Below, piece after piece: positions 50,601 to 55,768 of a stretch of DNA of 55,768 nt. The stretch covers positions 1 to 55,768 of the forward strand of contig JAHIZN010000456.1 in the NCBI GenBank assembly GCA_018814245.1, in the 5' to 3' direction. The notes beneath the pieces were generated by a model, which saw only the letters and a program-made list of their open reading frames with translations, searched no databases and was not told the origin of the DNA. A program made the position numbers and the translations under genes. The DNA comes from a bacterium. GTDB lineage: Bacteria; UBA9089; CG2-30-40-21. Within the stretch, counting starts at the first letter, position 1. Each line of letters opens with the position of its first letter.

Positions 50601-53600
50601 AATCCCTCCAAACCCATCACCTGTCACGCTCACCATTGTGCCTACTGTGCCAGAGAGTGGTGTTACCAAGGTAATATGCGTATCAATCTTCAGTTTATCG
50701 TAAGCCCAGATAATACTTGGTGTTTCCTCATCCCATGCTGCAATGGTTGTTGTCCCATACGGTTGAAGGTTAATGGTAAAGCTGGTTGTGAATGTACCGT
50801 ATCTGTCAGACATGGGCATAACAATCTTAGCCGTACTGCCAAAGTTAATATTAATGGTATCGGTTGCCCCAAAGCCGTCACCTCGTACCGTAATCACTGT
50901 CCCCACGCTGCCATGGCTTGGTGTTACCAGAATAATGTTTGGCAGGATCCTGCATACATTCCCGGCAGTATTCAGCCTGCATGCAGCTGTAATGCTCGTT
51001 ATCCCATAAGGCTGTGGGTCAATGATAAAGGTTTGACTAAATGTCCCTGACTCAGAGGTTGTCCCAACTGCCTTGCTCTGTATTGTGCCAAAGTCTATCC
51101 TGACCGGGAAGTTGGCGGAATACCCATCAGCCTTAATGGTAATTGTTGCTCCTACGCTGCCCTCACTTGGACTGACAGAGAAGACATGTGACTGAATATA
51201 GAATGTCCGGGCAGCCACACGCAGTACATCCCCGCCCTCTTCCCATGCAGTAATGGTTGTTGTTCCTGCTGGCTGCGGGAAGCCTGACTCTGGTGTATAG
51301 GTGTAGACAAATGTCCCCTTATCTTGTGTCTTAATTTGGTTACTGCTTGCTGTCCCTGGTCTTGTACCAAAATTGATGTACACCCATTTAGCAGAGCCAT
51401 AGCCGCTGCCAGAGATTGTCATGGGTGTTCCCACTGTACCTGTGGTTGGTACCACAGAATAAACCTCTGGAATGATGAAAAATCCGTTGTATGCCGGCCG
51501 TTTGGAATCTGGTCCTGTAGCTGTAATCACCTTTGCTCCAAAGGCTTGCGTGGTAACAGCAAAATTAGCCGCAAAGCCGCCATCACCTGTGGTCATTGTA
51601 CCTGAAATAATGGTCATCTTTTCTGCACCAAGCAATATCTCAATTGCCTCTGTGGATGCATACCCATTACCAGACACAGTTATCATTGTTCCAACGCTTC
51701 CAATGGTCGGGGTAACGCTATAAACCTGAGTGATAATCTGCATGGTATTTTCTGAATAATGAGCTTGAGCAAAGCGTCCATAACCTGTAATGGTTGTTAT
51801 CCCATACGCTTGGGTATCCACTGTAAACGAGGTGCTGAATGTCCCTGAGATATTTGTATGACCCATGGTAATGGATGTGGTATTGCCAAATTTAACGCTA
51901 ACCGTACCAATTGCACCATAGCCGTCCCCATAAATAGTGACCATGCTTCCAACCGTAGCCGCATTGGGTGTTACCTGATATATCCTTGGTGTAATTGTAA
52001 ACCAATTATCAGCCGTAATCTCTGTTGCCATATGATAGACAGTGATTGTGGTTGAGCCATAGGCTTGAGGTATTGTTGTATCAAGATAGCCTGTAAATAT
52101 TCCCCTGTCTGATGTTTCAATATCGAGCCTACCCACAATGTTACTCCAACCAACATTATCCTCTGTTCCAAATTTAACAGAAACAGTACTTGTTCCCGCA
52201 TAGCCTGTGCCATAGATGGTAATCACTGTGCCAACCGTACCATTCAGCGGACTCACGCTAACTATTTCAGGCATAACCTTTATCTTTCGTATACTAACAT
52301 CAGCTGTGGCTTGGCCAGTCACAGTCAGTGTCTTTGTCCCAAACACCTGAGTATCAATGGTAAAGGTTGTGCTGAATATTCCATCATACTTGCAGTCCGG
52401 TGCAGCAATTGGTGTTTTTAAGCCAAAGTCTATGGACACTGTCTCTGAGGCACCATATCCATTACCAGTTACCGTAATGGTTGTCCCTACGCTGCCATTG
52501 GTAGGTGAAACAAGGGTAATCTCGCCACGAATCCTGAATTCTTTCGTGTACTGTCTATTAACCTCATCGGTTGTACCATAGGCTGTAAGGCTTGCTGTCC
52601 CTGAGGGCTGAATGTCAACGGTAAATGTAGTGCTGAATGAACCCTTGTTACTGGCACCAATTGTAGTAATCGTTTGTGTCCAGCCAAGGGCAATCCTGAT
52701 CAATTCGGTATTGGCATAACCATCACCAGCAACCGTTACCCTTGTCCCGACTGAGCCAATTGCAGGTGTTACACTCACAATATGAGAGGTGATAACTACT
52801 ACTGCGGTATCCAATTTACCTACACAATCCTTGGCTGTTACAGTTGTTGTCCCATAGGGTTGGGTGTCGATGGTAAAGGTGATAGCAAATGTCCCATCAG
52901 GTGTGGTGTTGCCTGTTTTAATGACTGGCGTACCACCAAACTCAAGGAATATCTGACCAGCATTATATCCATTACCATAAACAGTAATCACCCTGCCCAC
53001 CGTACCGCTTGTTGGTGTCAGATATGTCAGGTTATGCAATATCGTAAACCCAATCATACCAACAGAGTTAGAGCTAATGCCAGTAGCTGTCACGGTCTTG
53101 GAACCATAGATCTGTTCGTTAACAATAAAACTCCCCTGTATCCAGCCATTGGTATCCGCTGTACAAGTATTGATGGTGGTTGTCTGCCCAAGCTCTATTC
53201 TGACCTGCTCACCTGCCTGATACCCACCGCCAGTGATTGAAACCAATGTCCCAACCGTACCCTGAGCAGGGCTAATGGTCGCAATACCTGTGGTAATCCT
53301 GAATATCTCATCATCCTTGGTCAGGCTGCCTGTAGCAAGAACGGTGGTTGTGCCAACAGGTTGGGTATTAACAGTAAAGGTTACTGCGAATGTGCCGAAC
53401 TCGCTGGTTATGGCAGTATTTATACCATTTGTCTGGCCAAAGGTTATAGGTACGGATTCATTCCTGCCAAACCCATCACCAGTTACCGTAACCATTGTTC
53501 CAACCGGACCAGATGCCGGCAAGACACTGGTGATATGTCCATCAATCCAGACATAGTTTGTGGTGCTCTGTAATGACTTGCCTGCACCATACCCTGTTGC

Positions 53601-55768
53601 CTCAATGGTTGTTGTCCCTGAAATCTGTGTATTGATTAGGAAGCTGGCACTGAATGTTCCACCATATGCCTTGATTGGTGATGGGTTAGTTGTAATAATA
53701 CCAAGTATCCCCAGATTGATACTGATTGATTCTGCCTCAGAATATCCATCACCCCAAATCGTTATCCTTGTTCCAACGGTACCTGTTGTTGGTGATACCT
53801 GCCATAGTCTGGCTACAAGCTTGAGCAGCCTTGAATCGCTCCTGCCTGAATCAAGCCCTGCTGCTATCACGGATCTTGTTCCATAGGTTTGGGTGTCAAT
53901 CGTAAATGTTGTGGTAAATGAGCCATTTGCATCTGTTGTTGTCTCACCTATGACTGTGGTCATGGTTGTTCTGTTCCCATAGCTTATCTTAATAGTTTCA
54001 CTTGCTCCATATCCATTGCCGCTGATGGTTATCTGTGTGGTTACTGAGCCAATGGTTGGGGTCATATTTGTTATCACTGATGATATATTGAATACATCCT
54101 CAAATACACGACCGCTTGTCAGCCCTGTTGCCATGACTGTCTTTGTGCCGTAGACCTGCAGATCAACAGTAAAGCTGGAGGTAAATAAACCGCTGTCATT
54201 TGTTGTGACTGTGGTGATTGTCGCATTATTCCCAAATGTTATGTGTATATCCTCATTTAGCCCAAACCCATTGCCATTGACAGTTACCATCGTTCCCACT
54301 ATCCCGCTCTTTGGTGTGTAGTTGTAGAAGTTGGGCAGTATGGATAGTGTTCCCTTAGCATTAGTTGTGTCATCATAGGCTGTGATGGTTGTTATCCCAC
54401 AGATTTGTGTATCTATTGTAAATATAGCGGTGAATGAGCCGTTTGCTTCTGCTGTGGTTGTGGTTATGGCTGTATTTGTACCAAGCTCTATCCTGATACC
54501 CAAGCCTGTCCCAAACCCATTGCCTCGAACAGTTACTATTGTTCCCACACTGCCGGTGTTGGGTAGGATGGAGATGATGTTGGGCAGGATCTGGTATGTT
54601 CGCTCAACATTCCTTAAGCTGACATTACCTATGGCTGCTGCAGTTACTACTCCATAACTCTGCGTATCTACCGTAAATGTTGTGCTGAATGAGCCTTCGC
54701 TTGAGGCACTGGTTGTCCTGATGCTTGTATTGCTTCCAAACTTGATCCTTACCAACTCGCTGTCACCATATCCGTCACCGGCTATGCTTACCATGGATCC
54801 CACTGTTCCGGAAACAGGGGTAAATGCAATTATCTGTGGATCAATGACAAACACATTAGCAGCTGAGGTTACACCTGATGCTGTAATGGTTGTTGTACCA
54901 CATGGTTGGGTATTGACAATAAATATGGTGGATAATGTCCCCATGCTGTTTGTGGTGGCATAGGTTATGCTTGCATTCCTGCCAAACCCTATGGTAACAC
55001 TCTCACCTGCTGCAAAGCCATCTATCCAGATGGTAACAACCGTCCCCACAGGTCCCTTGACTGGTGAAACAAGAGTCATCTTGGGCAGGATGAAGAATGG
55101 TCGACTAACCACCTTATCAGATACATCCAATCCTGTTATGGTTATGGTTGTAGTGCCATAGGGCTGCTGATTAACGGTAAACCCAACAACAAATGAACCA
55201 TTTGTTCCAGCCAAAATATTAGGCCATGCGGTAGAACCAAACCCAACAGCAAGTAACTCTGTAGAACCATACCCATTACCACTAACAGTTACAAGTGTTC
55301 CTACTGTGCCCATGCTTGGTGTAACGCTATACACATTTGCCAGTATCGTAAATACTCCTCCGGCTGTACACGGCTGTATTCCGTTATACGCCGTTACGCT
55401 GGTTGTCCCAAAGGCTTGCGTGTCTACAGTAAATACTGCGGTAAACGAGCCGTTATTTGCTGATGTGATTGTGGTTATGGTTGCATTTCCGCCAAACGCC
55501 ATTCGTATCGCATGGCTTGTCCCAAACCCATTGCCTTGAATGGTTACCATTGTGCCAACGCTGCCCTCTGTGGGCGAGATGGCGATGATGTTTGGTGTGA
55601 TACAGTATGTAAATGTTCCTGCCTCTATGCTGTTGTTGTCATCATAGGCAGTGATGGTCTTTGTCCCATAGCTTTGGGTGTCAATGATAAAGGCTGCGGT
55701 AAATGAGCCGTTTACTGCTGAGGTTGTCCATGTTATGGTTGAATTGTTGCCGAATTTCACCCTGATGG
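1..55768 (-). CDS. Giant tandem-repeat protein made of about 218 IPT/TIG-like (Ig-fold) modules. Internal fragment, partial at both ends. Conceptual translation is 18,588 codons once one +1/-1 indel pair near 20.6-20.9 kb is corrected.
   Basis: Complement strand translated by hand. Representative unit complement(29745..29990) = GYAASDVVTVAFGTNATIQTVVASQQGSFTTSFTVDVQRYGTTTITASGVSSAVNVFNILPQVVSVVPPTGTVGTVVTIIGT. The F-x-V-D type motif (plus-strand atc-aac-cgt-aaa and variants) occurs 218 times. Its spacing is 246-297 nt and always a multiple of 3, except around 20.6-20.9 kb. The G-T-V-G-T motif (plus tgt-acc-aac-cgt-acc and variants) occurs once per module. In every module but one, both motifs have codons starting at plus positions divisible by 3. 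The phase is the same at both window edges (right edge IRVKFGNNSTITW..., left edge ...TIVTISGSGYG). No gene start or stop was seen. The family call rests on motif resemblance to IPT/TIG domains, not on a database search. Confidence 0.85.
5100..5590 (-). repeat. Two-unit island of the homogenised 246-nt family, embedded in diverged modules.
   Basis: F-x-V-D motifs at 5155, 5401 and 5647 are spaced exactly 246 nt. Positions 5341-5430 are about 89% identical by eye to 31055-31144, which lies 26 kb away in the largest array. Confidence 0.65.
11600..13760 (-). repeat. Array A: nine F-x-V-D motifs spaced exactly 246 nt (82 aa), made of homogenised tandem units. Boundaries are good to about 100 nt.
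   Basis: Motifs at 11617, 11863, 12109, 12355, 12601, 12847, 13093, 13339 and 13585. Unit 12241-12486 versus 12487-12732 shows about 15 mismatches in 246 nt. The 85-nt run 12301-12385 is repeated exactly at 12547-12631. Confidence 0.85.
13760..14300 (-). repeat. Spacer cassette copy 1: two atypical 85-aa modules following array A.
   Basis: Translation: ...IITAIDITPTEGTVGTFVTITGNGYGGLENIGIDFGTTKSIVLAQSTAMGTFTAVFTTNPQSVLTVMVTAAGVITQHPYTRVFGVGAKITSVVPEHGTVGTTVTVEGNGFGSEEIIKLNLGHTSEIAETQASSEGIFSTTFNID... It is colinear with copy 2 at 15540-16120. Confidence 0.7.
14300..15530 (-). repeat. Array B: five F-x-V-D motifs spaced exactly 246 nt, same family as arrays A and C.
   Basis: Motifs at 14353, 14599, 14845, 15091 and 15337. 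A 47-nt exact match (15438-15484 = 31215-31261) links it to array C. Confidence 0.8.
15540..16120 (-). repeat. Spacer cassette copy 2, homologous to 13760-14300.
   Basis: Translation: ...RITTAIYITPSEGTVGTYVVVNGDGYGSDEDVKIDFGTTKSVVIAHTSAMGTFTTVFMSNPQRAGMSIVVATGLNTQYPYQRLFGVSAKIASIVPDHGTVGTLVTVIGDGFGGEEMVRIDLGSTMSITQVQAALAGTFSAVFTVN... It has the same order and the same unusual F-x-x-N-P-Q and FGV-x-AKI-x-S-x-VP-x-HGTVGT features as copy 1. Confidence 0.7.
16120..18800 (-). repeat. Array E: eleven F-x-V-D motifs spaced exactly 255 nt (85 aa). This subfamily has F-Y-I-x-P-E-V/I-x-S-V-T-P linkers and a Cys two residues before G-Y-G.
   Basis: Motifs at 16117, 16372, 16627, 16882, 17137, 17392, 17647, 17902, 18157, 18412 and 18667. 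Examples: TFYIMPEVVSITPISGTVGTMVSVTCSGYG, NIFYITPEVISVTPSLGTVGTFVIIRCSGYG, FYITPKILGVTPIMGTVGTIVTVGCDGYG, YCIIPEIISVVPNIGTVGTDVTITCSGYG, FFILPAIVSLTPNKGSVGTRVTVDCTGYG. Confidence 0.75.
20594..20950 (-). other. Frame-displaced repeat module. It forms a 118-codon ORF in the adjacent frame (TTG at 20950-20948 to TAA at 20596-20594). Positions 20639-20938 encode a fully normal IPT/TIG-like module.
   Basis: Hand translation in the frame with codon starts equal to 2 mod 3: (M)IHKPIGQTVITALGLNSNQSATNSFTIMPLIGVTPGAGTVGQVAMVWGTGYPSGEVIIVDFGTTGTITQVFSGDNGSFAAPFVINTQVYGTTTVKVTSIPSGARCQHRLLSFHILHG*. All family motifs are present (P..GTVG, GTGY, FG, GSF, F-V-I-N-T-Q-V-Y-G-T-T-T). The ORF is bounded upstream by TGA (complement of 20951-20953). 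It is not listed in the supplied ORF track. Confidence 0.8.
20784..55768 (-). CDS. Literal open segment 1 of the giant gene (N-proximal part). It has 11,660 sense codons from the right window edge to an in-frame TGA (complement of 20784-20786). The 5' end lies outside the window.
   Basis: Main frame checked at every module motif from 55681 down to 20947. After the extra base at about 20939 the main frame reads ANRADSNYCSGSKFKSVSNKQLYHYAFDWCNTWCRNSRTGGHGLGHWLSIW and then stops. An automated gene caller would probably end a CDS here. Confidence 0.8.
29100..32780 (-). repeat. Array C: fifteen F-x-V-D motifs spaced exactly 246 nt. This is the largest and most homogenised tandem array in the window.
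   Basis: Motifs run from 29146 to 32590 in steps of exactly 246. Positions 29656-29810 versus 29902-30056 show 2 mismatches in 155 nt. The 92-nt run 32008-32099 is repeated exactly at 32254-32345. Confidence 0.85.

Noticed and set aside
1-55768. Stop-codon reassignment or an alternative genetic code, considered as the reason the ORF track contains no long ORF.
   Set aside because: The true frame needs no recoding. At every motif checkpoint and in all stretches I translated, the main frame had no TAA, TAG or TGA outside the 20664-20786 frame-shifted stretch. The absence from the track is better explained by the ORF having no bounding stop inside the window.
1-55768. Inserted mobile element, prophage fragment, tRNA or rRNA, or a small embedded gene interrupting the repeats.
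   Set aside because: Spacing between consecutive module motifs never exceeds 297 nt, and every interval translates as a recognisable module, so there is no room for an insert. I saw no inverted terminal repeats, no tRNA-like cloverleaf segments and no break in periodicity.

Overview
The whole 55,768-nt window is internal coding sequence of one giant gene on the minus strand. Neither its start nor its stop lies in the window. I translated the complement strand by hand. Codons occupy plus positions 3k..3k+2, with the first full codon at 55766-55764 and the last at 5-3. This gives 18,588 codons forming about 218 consecutive 82-99-aa modules. The modules carry an IPT/TIG-like (Ig-fold) signature: P-x-V-x-S-V-x-P-x-x-G-T-V-G-T-x-V-T-I-x-G-x-G-Y ... 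F-G ... G-x-F ... F-T-V-D-x-Q-x-Y-G-T-T-T-I-T-A. I saw no other domain type, intergenic DNA, RNA gene, mobile element, CRISPR array, promoter or terminator. The supplied ORF track never shows the true frame: every + strand entry is an antisense shadow and every - strand entry lies in the neighbouring frame. Four pieces of substructure stand out. (i) There are blocks of recently homogenised units: about 249 nt at 1-4.3 kb, and exactly 246 nt at 11.6-13.8, 14.3-15.5 and 29.1-32.8 kb. Neighbouring copies are roughly 94-99% identical, with exact runs of 85-92 nt. (ii) A two-module spacer cassette recurs after two of these arrays. (iii) An eleven-unit array phase-locked at 255 nt carries a recurrent Cys (16.1-18.8 kb). 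(iv) One module (20639-20938) is displaced into another frame by a 1-nt insertion (about 20939-20941) and a 1-nt deletion (about 20640). This places six stops in the main frame and would split the gene in automated annotation. The likely product is a multi-megadalton cell-surface fibre or adhesin-like protein. Function, export signals and taxon cannot be read from this window. All identities and counts are by-eye estimates.
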